64,000 nucleotides of DNA from Lytechinus pictus (Eukaryota). Below are positions 1-13,710 of this stretch, piece after piece. The notes under the pieces were generated by a model, which was not told the origin of the DNA, did not search any database, and saw only the letters and a list, made by a program, of their open reading frames with translations. Position 1 is the stretch's first letter, and the number at the start of each line of letters is the position of its first letter. A program made the position numbers and the translations under genes. The stretch lies in NCBI RefSeq assembly GCF_037042905.1, contig NC_087251.1, forward strand, positions 37,388,001-37,452,000, in the 5' to 3' direction.

Positions 1-439
1 TGAGCAGTCTATTATAGGATTCCACAGTGTATTACTGACCTAATTATAGGACAGTCGTCCTTTCAGGTTTTCAACATTGAAATCTTGAGCATTTAATCAA
101 AATGGAAAAGACGCTATATAAATCATATGTATTATTATTATCATTATCTGTTAATGAAATATTATTTCAGTATTTTTTATATCATTTCGAAAATGAAATT
201 TGTATGTTCAATTGTGCTGAACCAATACTTACTTTCAAAATACTGCTGCTTCTGATCCATATATCCAGTGTTAACTAAATATAAGAAATTCAATCAAATG
301 AAGTAACAGTTAGTGAAATAGTGTTCCAGGGATACTATTACTTTAATCATAATTTCAATAAACTGTTATCATAATATTCATAAATCAAAATTATTATTTT
401 TATCACATGACTCTAATGGAGTCACTCCAATAATGCATA

Positions 440-950
440 CATAAACCAAGTTTGAAATTAACCCCTTGGGTGGTTCTTTCATTATCGAAAGAACGTAAAA
501 AAGGATAGATAGATGGATGACCTGAAACCATCCACTGTGGGCAGAGTCATTAAAAGATATTGTTTGGGATATGGTTGATATTTCATAAATCATTATCAAA
601 CAATAAAACATTGAAATTAATCCCTCTTTAGTTCTTTAGTTTCAAGAGAACATAAACAGGATGGATATACCGATGGCCCCAATCATGCCACTAGCAACCA
701 TCTACATGTGTTGTGGGTGATCATAAACAAAAATATTACTTAAGTTAGCAATTAGGATTTATTAAATCTTCAAATACTCAAAATTAAAAACAGTAGAATC
801 AACTTCTAAAATGGTTCTTTACTTCAAGAGAACATACAACAGAACAGACAGATGGATAGACAACCAAAAACAAGCCTCCAGCAACCATATACTGTAGGTA
901 GAGTCATACATGTATAACAAATAATACATTACTTCAGCAGTTATGGTTAA
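440..950. repeat. Degenerate tandem repeat (about 3 copies, 170-190 bp)
   Basis: Recurring TTCAAGAGAACATA, GATGGAT, AACCAT and TCAT blocks at about 500, 640 and 820. Confidence 0.45.
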
Positions 951-1399
951 TATCATCATTTATTAACCAATCATTAATTATCAATTATTAAACTATTAAA
1001 CTTTATGTCTTACCCATGTCTCCTTTGTCATAGTAGCTATGGCATCCAATGTTTCCATCTAAATTTTATATGAAATTATCACAACAGATGATAGAATGAT
1101 GAACTATGCAAAAGCACTTTATCAATGTGCATTTCCATGTTTGGATTAATTATCATATCATCTTGGTTCAATGAGTTATGCCAAGAAATATATATTATCA
1201 TATCACGTAACAGGGGCATTAATAGTAAAATAAAATTAGACACCTATCAAAACAGATATTACTTTCATGATGCAACAGACAGATTTACAACTTTCACTCT
1301 ATGCTTAAAGCATCATAACATCTCAATTCATCTTCACTTGTCAAACAATTAAGGGAAGAATTAAAGTTGACAACTTTATCGGGTATTAGTTACTGTATA

Positions 1400-1517
1400 G
1401 TATTATCATTATTTTTTTATTATTACTATTATTATTATTAGTAGTAGTAGTACTAGTAGCAGCAGCAGCAGTAGTAGTAGTAGTATCATTATTATATTTT
1501 TATTGTTATTATACTAG
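1400..1517. repeat. (TAT)n/(TAG)n/(CAG)n compound microsatellite
   Basis: Directly visible. Confidence 0.75.
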
Positions 1518-2541
1518 CAGAGATGCCAACTTTTGGAAATCAGAATTAGGGAGGATTTGCAACCGACACCAAATTATGTGCGCATAGCGCACATCTCGAG
1601 CGCGGAGCGCTCGACCCTTGCGGCCGGGGTCGAGGGCCCGCCTTAGGGCCCTGGAAGCTCTGGGTTTCTAGATGCTCTCTGGTGCAATCTGACCCTTATT
1701 TTGGAGCATTTCACATGTTTTTAAAAAAACATTGTTCCCACTTTTTTGACATAAAAATAAAAATATCAAATATGCGTATGTAAAAAAAATGAGGGGACAA
1801 TAGAAGAAAAGTACCTGTTCAACTATAATAATAAGGAATTATCCTCTTTATTATTATTAAAGCGCGGGTAACGTCTTCCTCCTCGCTGGTCCCTTGCTTG
1901 GTGAAATAAGTCAACAGGGTACTAGTGGAGCTCGAAGATCTCGTCTTCGCAATGTCCGTATGCCGTTTGCTCCCTACGTGCTTCCGAATATCATCACGAC
2001 CTCCGTGCTCAACTTTAATGTCCACGCTGCAAATTGTGCAAAATGCATGGTAGATTCCTCTTTCCGAATACACGGGTACTGGAGACTGTTTTCAGTCTTA
2101 TACTTCTGAGACCATTTCTTGGTCTTTTTTTGTTGATTTTCCGCCATTTCGTGTCAATATCAACCCATCAATACGCCGAAATCACACACCGATATTCCAT
2201 CGCACGACTCGACAAATCCAGCGGCCGCGAGCGCACACGCCTCGCGAAGCTAGCCAGGCCTACCGGCCTGGTGCACAGTGGATTCCCGTTGGGCATATCA
2301 CATGCACCAGCTTTTCGCTGCTCCTTATTTGTCTGCCTTTCACACAGAATTTAGTAGCAGCGAAACGTAATGGAGTTACTACATGCTAAAGTCAGCAGAC
2401 GATACATGTACTTCCAATCCAATTTGATCAATGCAAAAAAAAATCGTAATTTCGGGAGGATAAGGATGGTAATCGTAAGGGCGGGAGTTGGGATGAATTT
2501 TCGGGAGCCTCCCGATGAAATCGGGAGGGTTGGCATCTCTG
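1518..2541 (-). mobile_element. Non-autonomous hAT-superfamily deletion derivative retaining the 5' end of the transposase (Zn-finger)
   Basis: Perfect 13-bp TIR CAGAGATGCCAAC...GTTGGCATCTCTG, with subterminal CGGGAG repeats at 2452-2527. Minus-strand frameshifted ORF from ATG 2147: MAENQQKKTKKWSQKYK...YPCIRK/ERGIYHAFCTICSVDIKVEHGGRDDIRKHVGSKRH, a C2H2/BED-like finger typical of hAT transposase N-termini. The TSD is degenerate. Confidence 0.8.
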
Positions 2542-5062
2542 TAGTAGTGAATAAATTGACAAACACAATGGAGTAAAACAAGAACAACCATTTATAAAAC
2601 TCTAATCTCTATTACAATCAATTAAGAACTTTTAATTTTTTTCAAATATTTTACATTTTTTCATATTCTTTATCAATGTTACTTTTTTAATGTTCATTTG
2701 AAAGCATATTTTACCTTTGATTCCCATAGCACCTTTCATTGACCAGATGTACAGCTCAACCAGACACCCTGCCATGTTGAAGTAAATCAAGTTTTCAACG
2801 AATAGATAACTCTAATTTCTACTTCTTCTACCATCAATGCCAGGCTCTATTGGTGACTGGGGATCTTTTGTCCTACAATGTAAATAAAAAATATTGTTTT
2901 AATGAAAAAAATATTTTAAGCGAACATTAAAGCAAACTATTTTTAAAAATAAAGGTATAAACTATATACAGTATATTTAGGTGCAATAATATATTTTGAC
3001 TAAAAAATAATACAAGAATTTGGATCTGAATAAAGAGAAGGTGGAAGTCTGCTTTTCAGAAGCATCTATATTAATAAGTATCCATAAGTAGCTTTTCAAA
3101 CTTCATTCAATTGTTTAATTGTTTCACATGGAAATCCTATGGCAGTAATCCTTATACATTGGGTAAGTGCATGTGTGACATAATCTCACCATCATAAATT
3201 CATAATCATATCATGAATGAAGTTGAAGAACATCTTGTGCAGCTCGTGCCTCAGACGGAAACACTCCGTACCTGTACCTCATCTCATTACCCGATTGATT
3301 CAGTTCATTCACCTGTCAAGTGCAGACACCAATCAAGTGTGCTAGTCAATCCGGTTTCATAACATTAACAAGATTATTGTCATGAAGAATAGACAATGAA
3401 CTTGGGGGATTGAGGTCACTGAATCTATTTCTAGCACACTATATCCCTGTAATTGACGTCTATGTCCCGCAGGGGTAAGTGAAGAAAAAAAACTGTCCCC
3501 GACAAGGACAATCTCATTTTATCAAGACACGATGACGAGTTGTCTTGGTTTTTGAGGTCTGAGGATAACCTTGTTTCTGGGACAATCCCAATTTTTGGAC
3601 CGGCGCTACGATCTACTGATTTTCAAACTACCTTTTGGCTTGCGTTGGACAGACTGGATACAATTTTCGGGATTCCCAATTTTCTTTTTTAACCATAGAA
3701 AAGACTGGAATTTGGAAAAAACTTTGGATCATCAATGATCAAGCCCGGATTACACTCATTCACGATGACGAGACGAGTTGAGATCAGATCTTTCATTGAA
3801 CTTTTTTCACCAAAAAATCAGGATTTTATAATTTATGTACAACAGATGGTTACCACCACAATTCTCGACCTCATCCACTCAAGGGTTCATTACATGCCGC
3901 TGCGCACAGAAAAAACAAGCCATAGAAGTCGTGTGGTTTTTTTTCTATGTATATTTTGTTTACTTATGTAACTTATGATTAGATATGATGTCCTTCTTTC
4001 AGATTCTGTCTGACCTTTCTATATATCTCTTTCTGTCTTTCTCTCTCCTTCTCCCTCTATCTCCCTGTTGCTCTTTCCCACTCTCTCGTCTATTATAATC
4101 GCCATCATGTCACTTTCCTTCTTTTTTTTTTGTTACACATAATTCTTATATTTGTAATCTACAATTTGTTGTTTACTTGTGGGGTTTTTTTCCCTCAATT
4201 TCCTTTTTTCCCTCTTTCCTTTATTTTTGCTACATCCCCCTTTCTATTCTCACCTTTTCACATGCTTACTCTTGCCATTCTTGCTCCCCTTTCTTGCTCC
4301 TCATCTGCTCTTTTTTTAATATATAAATTAAATCTGTCTTATTACATCTGCTCATTCTATATCTTTTTATACTATTATTGCATTTTAAACATGTATATTT
4401 TTTTTCTTCTTTAATGGTCACTGCATGTTATGTATTTATATATTTCTCTGTTATGTATTTTTTTTAATGTAAACTCACATTGTTAGTCTTCGGACTTTTT
4501 GATGAGTATTGTTGAATAAAACCAAATTGAATTTGAATTTGAAAAAAGCTGTGGACACCAGAAGTGGGATCGTAGCACGCGCGACCCACTAGTTAGAAAT
4601 ACACTGCCAAACGCGGTTCATGGTGCGATACTGCGAGGTTAGTATACTAATACTAACCTCGCAATACGTGTGAGTGACCTCATCCGGTCCCTGGGCCTGG
4701 CTCTAACGTTAGAGTGGCGAGAGCCGGCCAGGGGCCTGTTGCATGAAAGGGTCTTTCGTAGATCCATTCTATGTAAGAACGAGATATCGCTCAACTGTTT
4801 CACAAAGCCGATTTGGGCGATACGAAGAATGGTCCTTGGAAAGACACCTCCAGACATGTCCTACGTAGGCATGATCTTCTTTGGACACCGCCCGCCACCG
4901 TCGGCATTGAGAGAAAATGCGTTTACGGCAAGCCACACTGACATATCACCTTTAAACACTTTGGGGGGTCATTCAATTGCACTCAGATGCATTTTATCTT
5001 GGATGGGGCATGGATGGCGCCAAGTCACGTTGCTGGCATCAATTTCAAAACTCCGGGGTAAT

Positions 5063-7220
5063 GGCAGTTTATAATCACTCGCGTCGCGTGCGGGTTCGTA
5101 ATCACTCGCGTTTTGACTTTTTGGCGATTTTTTTTATTTCGGTGCGGTTTTTTTTTTACGGTGTCTTCAATGGGACAGACATGCAGGGAAATAAAATGAA
5201 GTTGAAATTCGAGTTTCGTTTTAAGCCAGCAAGTGCCTTAAATAAGATGTAGGCCTACTCGACTACTGTTTTAACATAACAAACAAGCAAATCAGCCATG
5301 TGGCTCAACTAACTTAGAATAGATCCGGACTTCTACTGTGTCTTATAGAGGACTCCGAGTCGGAACTTGCCATATCTGCCACATCGATATTACATCGTAT
5401 CATTCCCATATGCGGACATGCATGCCTGCATGCAATGGCCCCAAGGCGGCCGGACCCGACCGCGTACGGACACGACGTGCATCGGTAGCATGGAGCAAGC
5501 TAGTTGAGTCGAGTTGAGTTACATATGAGGCGCCGATTGTACCAATATTATATAAAACAATTATTTGTTATATAATCATAATTTATTATATAATAACTAT
5601 TATTTATATATAATTTACATTTTATTTGAAAATAATTACTATTATATAAAATAAAATTTCTAATTATTTATATATAATTCCAAGTAATACTTCATTATTT
5701 GTAAATAATGATGATTTGTTTTCATTATTTATAAATAATGATTATTTGTTTTTCATTATTTATAAATAATGATTAATTGTTTTTCATTATTTATAAATAA
5801 TGATTATTTGTTTTTCATTATTTATAAATACTGATAATTTGTTTTCATTATTTGTAAATAATGAATATTTTTTTTCATTATTTATAAATAATGATTATTT
5901 GTTTTTCATTATTTATAAATAATAATTTTTGTGTTTCATTATTTATAAATATTGACACTGCATACTTCATTATTTATGAATAATTGCAATTCGTTTTTCC
6001 ATTATTTATAAATAAGTTTTTCGAGTTTTCTATTATTTGTAAATAATAATTATTTATTAACAATGCCAGTCCACATTTCTTTATTTATAAATAATTTGTT
6101 GAGTTTCCCATTATTTATAAATAATGATTATTTGTTAAATAATGAAGACATCTACTTCATTATTTATAAATATTTTTTTTGAGTGCGCCATTATTCTCAT
6201 TATTTATAAATAATCATTATTTAATGTTCGAGTTTTCCATTATTTATAAATAACGATTATTTGTTAAATAATGAAATATCTACCTCACTATTTATAAATA
6301 ATGAAAATTCATCGTGTTTCATTATTTATTAATAACAATTTTGTTTCAATATCCCATTAATTATAAATAATCATTATTTATAAACGATTTTTACAATTTG
6401 CCATTATATACAAATAATCGTTATTTATATACAAATAACCATTATTTATAAATAATGAAAAACAAATAATCATTATTTATAAATAATGAAAAACAAATAA
6501 TCATTATTTATAAATAATGAAAAACAAATAATCATTATTTATAAATAATGGAATGTCGAACTATTATTATTTACAAATAATGAAGTATTACTTGGAATTA
6601 TAGATAATTAGAAATGTTATTTTATATGATAGTAATTATTTTCAAACAAAATGTAAATTATATATAAATAATAGTTACATAATGATTATATAACATATAA
6701 TTGTTCTATATGATATTGGTACAATCGGCGCCTCATATGTAACGTGGGATCTAACTCAGCTCCACTCACGTTAGCTTGCTCCATGCTACCGATGCACGTC
6801 GTGTCCGACCGCGGCCGGGTCCGGCCGCCTTGGGGCCATTGCATGCAGGCATGTCCGCATATGGGAATGATACGATGTAATATCGATGTGGCAGATATGG
6901 CAAGTTCCGACTCGGAGTCCTCGTATAAGACACAGTAGAAGTCCGGATCTATTCTAATTTACTTGAGCCACATGGCTGATTTGCTTGTTTGTTATGTTAA
7001 AACAGTAGTTGAGTAGGCCTACATCTTATTTAAGGCACTTGCCGGTTTAAAAACGAAACTCGAATTTCAATTTCATTTTATTTTTCCAGTACGTTTGTCC
7101 CATTGAAGACACCGTTAGAAAAAATCGCACCGAAATAAAAAAAAATCGCCAAAAATCAAAAACGCGTGTGATTACCAACGCGACGCGAGTGATTACGAAC
7201 GCGAGTGAATATAATAAGCC
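5063..7220. mobile_element. Foldback-type DNA transposon with long (about 0.7-0.8 kb) inverted arms and an AT-rich tandem-repeat core
   Basis: Arms at about 5063-5830 and 6430-7220 are reverse complements, with termini GGC...GCC. Exact 8-bp TSD GGGGTAAT at 5055-5062 and 7221-7228. The inner roughly 29-bp repeats contain the palindrome CATTATTTATAAATAATG. Confidence 0.9.
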
Positions 7221-10185
7221 GGGGTAATCTAGGCCCAAATGATTTTTTTAAATATGCTTTTTTTTTTATTTCCTCACATTTTCTCCCTCTTTCTCCATCC
7301 CCTTTCCATTTTTTAAAAACCAAACTTGAAATATCGAAACGGGCAGCAACCTCTCTGACCCCCATGCTTTATCATTAAATAAATATTATGAAAAAATATG
7401 TATCGTAAAGAAAACATGTGTTTATAACGTTCAGCAAAAAAATAAATAAATGAAATAAAACACGATACAAAACTGAGATGTTACTAAACATGCTAAATCA
7501 TTTCTTTCTTTTTAATCTATTTTCTTTATCATGATTATTTTTTGCTGATATTGATGTCAATCAATGAAAATTGTTGAATTGGTGTTAAGGTGATGAATGA
7601 AAAAAAAAATCTGCCGGTAACAAAATAACTAATTGAATTAAAAATATTAGGTCTATAGTTTATGAATCCATCACAATCATTACAAATAAAGTTAAGTTCA
7701 TTGTACCTATGATAGACAGGGTTGTGGAAAGTCCATACGAAAGTAAAGGCTCATCGTAGGGTAGGCCATATGTCATGTTAAAGCAATGATGTCTCGACTC
7801 CTTAACTTCATGTTGAACATATATCATTTCTTATATCATTGAAGCTTATTTTATTTAAACTTCCATAAAGTTATCAACTTTAAACGTATATGATCATTGT
7901 CATTTTAGCATTGTTTCTGTAAATAGTATTTTTCCCCGTTAAATAGATTTCACATATTTTTCTATGTTTTATTATTGTAATGCTACTTTACCCACTTGAC
8001 ATTTTTGCAGCAAGTTTCATATTTTGATTGTCCTTGGTTACTTAAACTTAATTTTCATTCAAATGTATGTTTATACTCTAAACACTCACATTTGTATTTC
8101 TTGCGTTATATCTGATGAATAAAATAAATAAATTCGATTTTTCACACGCAGCCTCTCATATTTTCCCTTATAGTCTCATACAATCAGACACGTTGGTTTT
8201 GTTTACTCTATTCAAACCCCATTTTTCCATCAACAAATAATATTTAAGGTATAATTTGCAAAATCAGTTTAGATGAGTATTCTATAAAAGTCTGAATATT
8301 GAAATAATATAATTATAATGCCGAAATTACTTAGTTACTTAAATTTTTATTTTCGGACAAGCAACGTTCTCGCCAGGTTCATTCTGACGCTTGGCGGCGC
8401 GAAGCGACGCAAGCCGCGCAGCGGCCTCGGTGCGTGCGTAGCACGCACGGGGGGAGGGTTCGGGACATCGCGGTAGCTATCGAAAACATCGCGAAAACAT
8501 AATGGACATCGCGGTAGCTATCGAAAACATCAATATCGACGAGCTTAGATTGCTGCTAAATGCACCACTTTTATGTCTATTTAATGCTCCGGCGCGGCCA
8601 CACAGCCGTAACGGTTGCGTGAGTTGCGATTGAAGCAGAAAGGCAAGTACTGATGAAAAAGGTCAAAGAAATGATTTAAATTCAATCTCATTTTATACTT
8701 ACAGTTTAAAGATTTATTCACATCGATAACATCGATAAATGTACTCCATACTTTCCAATGTCTAGATCGCTACGTCCTCAGAAAGTGCGATTAATTTTGT
8801 GAATGTGTGTCAATGACCGACTTCATCTACGGATCGCATGCGTAGCCCTTTGAGCTTGCGCCGCGCCGCACCACGCCCTTGCTAAATCCAAAGATTGTTC
8901 GGACTTTATTTGGAAGCCTCGGAAGAAAACTTCTGAGTCTTCCAAATAATGGACATCGTTATTCATGAGACAGGGTCTCCAACTTATATAATTTGCATGT
9001 TTGTTTTATTTTCAGAGACTCAATGAAACTATAACCCTCATAAGACTTCTGTTGATGATGTTTATACTAATAATATCCAATCAAGATTCGTTTATCACTG
9101 TCAATTATTGCTATGTTCATTTGTATTGTTCTATACTCACCTATAAAATAATGAATGTGCCCATCACTAGTGGGAGAAATATTTTTAGTCATTAATAATA
9201 CATGTACATTAATATTACGATTTTGTTCTTATTATAATTAATTGCGATTTAAAATGTTTTGAAAGTAAAGTTTAATTGACAGGAAAGCAGATTTCTATTT
9301 TTAAATAATGTACTATGTATGCCTACAAATACAGCATGTTTGAAAGAGAGGAAGGGGGGGGGAGGGGTTGTAGCTAGCCTAGGATGGTCGAAGGGAGAGA
9401 GCGAAAGGGGAGGGGTCGTGGCGTGGACAATGACAAGGGGATGTTAATCGTACGTGTGTGGGATTGCATGGTGAAGAAGTCAATATTCGAAGCGAATGCA
9501 TATTTATAGACATGTCTATACTACTACTGATGATGACGGCTGAATAACCTTTCTTTAAATGTATATTTTGGCGATTTTGAATTTCAAAAATATTTTCTTG
9601 CACCATGAGTGGGAAGATCGAGGTACGTGATTCAATAAATTGCATCAGTTTTTAAGTTACAGAAATTCACGAACAGATTATTAAAAATGACAAAAAAGGT
9701 CAGAAAGATCTTCTTAATTTTAAAGCCCCCATCCAGCGTAAACAACATGAAGAATATTTGAGGTCACGAAACCAGCTGATTCGCATTCAAACAACAGGTA
9801 AACAGGTCACGCACATGGCACACGTACATTCCAAGGGCGGGAATTTGGGGAAACCCGTTTTCAAGCACAATGATTGGCTCAACCCAGAAAGTGAATACTA
9901 ATTAGATCACGTGGCATCGGCTTTGGGGCGTCTCGTTCACATTCCAATTCTTTTCATAAATATCCACTCGCAGTAGGCCTAACGACGTTGTAAAGATAAC
10001 CCAGATAACTCAATATGAAACACAATTCCGATATAAAACATATAAAGACATAAGTGAAATTGAAAAATTCATCCAACGATATTCAAATTATACTAGCAAC
10101 TCATGTGGGCGTGAACAAACGAAATACATAATCCTCTATTAAAAACGTTCACACATATCAACTTCAATAATTCGTACTTGAAATG

Positions 10186-10353
10186 CAGGGGCCGCGGAAA
10201 GGTCTTGAAAGGGGGGGGGGCTGACCATGCAAAAAACACAATCAGGTGGTCCACTTTATGTTTTTGTACACGGTTTTGGGAAAAAAAGTGGGGGGAGGGG
10301 GAAGGGGCTGAAACCCACCCAGCCCCCCCCCCCCCCCGTTTCCGCGGCCCCTG
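10186..10353. mobile_element. MITE with 15-bp TIR and 5-bp TSD
   Basis: CAGGGGCCGCGGAAA...TTTCCGCGGCCCCTG flanked by AAATG on both sides. Confidence 0.8.
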
Positions 10354-10658
10354 AAATGAATATCTGTGAATGAATTGTCAATTCCACTTTATAAAGATTA
10401 TGCAGCCACAATCACAGAAGACACATCTTTAAATGAATATTAATTTCATTCGCTCCGAACATTGACTTCTTTTCGCCAATCCCCTCCCCCACAAAGTCAC
10501 AAACATCCCATCGTTTTCATTTACATTGCCCACGACCACCTCCCATTATTCTCTTTATCATTGACACAAATTAATTTCAAATAATATTTTATTTTAAATC
10601 GTAGTTGTTACCGGGAGTTGTTAAGCAATTGTACAACAAATTCATGAAGCATTCACTG

Positions 10659-10864
10659 CAGTGGCGTACCTAGGATTTTCCACAGGGGGGGGGGGGGGCA
10701 AATTCGTCCGCCAAAAAAATTGACAAGCAAAAAAAAAGGTTTTCAACCACAAATAAAGGATTTCGTAACAGAAAAAAACAAAGGAGCGGCCAGGGATCAG
10801 TTATGACTCGTCAGGGGGCGGGGGGGGGGGGGGCAGTCTGCCGCCCCCCGTGGGTACGCTAGTG
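10659..10864. mobile_element. hAT-type MITE
   Basis: TIR CAGTGGCGTACC / GGTACGCTAGTG; exact 8-bp TSD ATTCACTG at 10651-10658 and 10865-10872. Confidence 0.88.
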
Positions 10865-12241
10865 ATTCACTGTGATGTGATGACTAAAAACATTTCTCAG
10901 GACCGTTCATTATTTAATTGGCAGGCAAAGAGTAATAAAGAACAATACAAATGAAAATACACTACGTATAACTCACATTCAAAAGTGAGTCGTAATATGA
11001 TAAAAAGTGTGAATAATATTAATAAGGATTATTACTTATGAAAATTATAACAGATTCAATGAATATCTGAAAAAAAAAAACCATTCAAATTAAATCAGTT
11101 TTGGATCCCATCTAATTTTGGAAGACGCGGATCAAGGATTTTGATGCCATGTGCGATTTGTATTTATGTGGCCGTGGCGAGCGCGAGTGCAGTGACACAG
11201 AACTTGGTAGACACACCGTCGCGAAATTAATCAACACTTTCAAAAGATCGATGTAGAGATCAAGACTTTGGAAATTATGGAGTAAAATCGGAATATAAAT
11301 GTGAATAAATCATTTTGCTGTAAGTAAATGAGTTGGACATTATTAACGTGATCTTTTAATAATTTTCTCAATTCGCTCTACGGCAGTGTCATCAGAAATG
11401 CATTCAATGAATTCATGTAGATGTAGCTATACAACTTTACAAGGCTGGGCCTGGGACGAGATGAAACTAAGTTTCGATCGAATTTTTATGTTATTTTTGA
11501 GACACTTTACTTTTGACAAAATAAGTGACAATATCAACTGAAATTCGTAGCATCTAAATTACATTGCCCAACCCAGTAACCCACGGTACCCCTCTCCCCT
11601 CGATTTATTTTTTAGCGTACCGGTATTTACTACCATTTTAAAGACGTACCGGTACCGTGAATAATGTGAGCAATGCGATACGCAAATCGAGGTAAACGTC
11701 TTCGCGCTTCCTACGGGCCTCGAGTCGAGGTCGTATCGTATACAGATTAGTAGCGAGTCAAAGAAATCCTGGGAAGAAATCGTGGACGAAATAATCGACA
11801 AGTTTATTTTAGGATCTGAAAAGCAGATTGGTTTTTTTTAAATATATTATTCAGTTTTTTGTGTAGATCTAGGCCTGTTTGACAGTTGTCGGCCACGGTT
11901 GTCGGGGAAGTTTACGGTTGGCGGATTTGCTCTGAAAATTTTCAGGGTTGGCGGCGCCCGCCAACCGTGACGCGTGGTAGCGAGAACGTTGCGGACAAGG
12001 GTCTCTTTCATTGGAATATCAATGAAAGGTGTCCTTAAAAGGGCACCGTGTTCTAGTTCTACTCTTCTAGATAGGGGAAATAATGAAAATTTCGATTTTG
12101 TCCAGGTATGTTTGTGAATCTTCAATTTTTGTTCTCCTTTACCTCATAAAGTAAGCTCCAGCATACATCATTTCTACTATCGGTAATAAACAACAAATTA
12201 TTTGATCTGCATTAATTGAAATAAATGATTTTTTGAAGTCG

Positions 12242-13710
12242 GGTCATTCCATCTGGATTCACCCAGTGGTTGCACCCGACCATCTCAGAATTCGTTGTAA
12301 TTTGGTACACATAAAATTTACCATGGCCCACGTACAAAACAAAAAAAATAAGTCCAATTGGTCCTTCGGTTCTCGCGCTACGGCCCGCCCTTTTCTCCTT
12401 GTTTTGACAAAAATGGGCGTGACCTTCAACTTTCAATGGCCACTGCGTCGTAACGTGTTGACCAATTTTCATGAAACTGGTACCATTTATTAGGAAATTC
12501 AGAGAGGAATCCAAAACATGTATCAAATAATGTATTGGAGCGATTTATAAGGTCGTGACCTCTGACCTTAACTTTGACCTTGAGTTTGACCCCCGAACAA
12601 ATAATTTTTTAACTTGATTTTCGTGTATGTTAATTACTTGTATGATATTGACAAAATATGTTAAAACCAATGATGATATTTTATTTCTTCACCTTTTAAA
12701 ACTCTTCCAAAGATACCATGAAATTTCACTCTAGTCCCACATACTGATATTCATGTTAGTAAAAGTGTTTACCAGTTACATGATTTCTTCCAATCTTAAG
12801 TTACAGTATGCAAACACATGAAAAGAAATTAAGCTCATCAGTTCACAAATGAAACATTAAATATTTATGCTCAAGAACAGGTATCTGTTTAGGCATTTTG
12901 ATGTTCAGCAATATATATCATATATATATATATATATTCTTGTTAGTAAAGTATTTACTTTTATCATCAAATTGTTGAGTATATGCCTATTTTACTAACA
13001 AGAATATATATATATATATATATATGATATATATTGCTGAACATCAAAATGCCTAAACAGATACCTATTCATGAGCATAAATGTTTAATGTTTCATTTGT
13101 GAACTGATTAGCTTAATTTCTTTTCATGTGCATGCATACTGTAACTTAAGATTGGAAGAAATCATGTAACTGGTAAACACTTTTACTAACATGAATATCA
13201 GTATGTAGGACTAGAGTGAAATTTCATGGTACCTTTGGAAGAGTTTTAAAAGGTGAAGAAATAAAATATCATTGATTTTAACATATTTTGTCAATATCAT
13301 ACTAATAATTAACATACACGAAAATCAAGTTAAAAAATTATTTGTCTGGGGGTCAAACTCAAGGTCAAAGTAAAGGTCAAAGGTCACGACCTTATAAATC
13401 GCTCCAATACATTATTTGATGCATGTTTTGGATTCCTCTCTGAATTTCCTAATAAATGGTATTAGTTTCATGAAAATTGGTCAACACGTTACGACGCAGT
13501 GGCCATTGAAAGTTGAAGGTCACGCCCATTTTTGTCAAAACAAGGAGAAAAGGGCGGGCTGTAGCGCGAGAACCGAAGAACCAATTGGACTAATTTTTTT
13601 TGTTTTGTGCGTGGGCCATGGTGAATTTTATATGTACCAATTTACAACGAATTCTGAGAGGGTCGGGTGCAAAATTGCACATTCATTGGGTGAATTGGCA
13701 TGGAATGACC
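12242..13710. mobile_element. 1.47-kb near-perfect palindromic (foldback/MITE-like) element
   Basis: About 710-bp arms (12242-12950 and 12991-13710) are reverse complements with a roughly 40-bp spacer. Termini GGTCATTCCA...TGGAATGACC followed by TA. (TA)n tracts lie near the centre. Confidence 0.88.

Noticed and set aside
8380..8530. GC-rich palindromic patch and a 28-bp direct repeat GGACATCGCGGTAGCTATCGAAAACATC
   Set aside because: Resembles transposon subterminal sequence, but no TIR pair or TSD could be delimited
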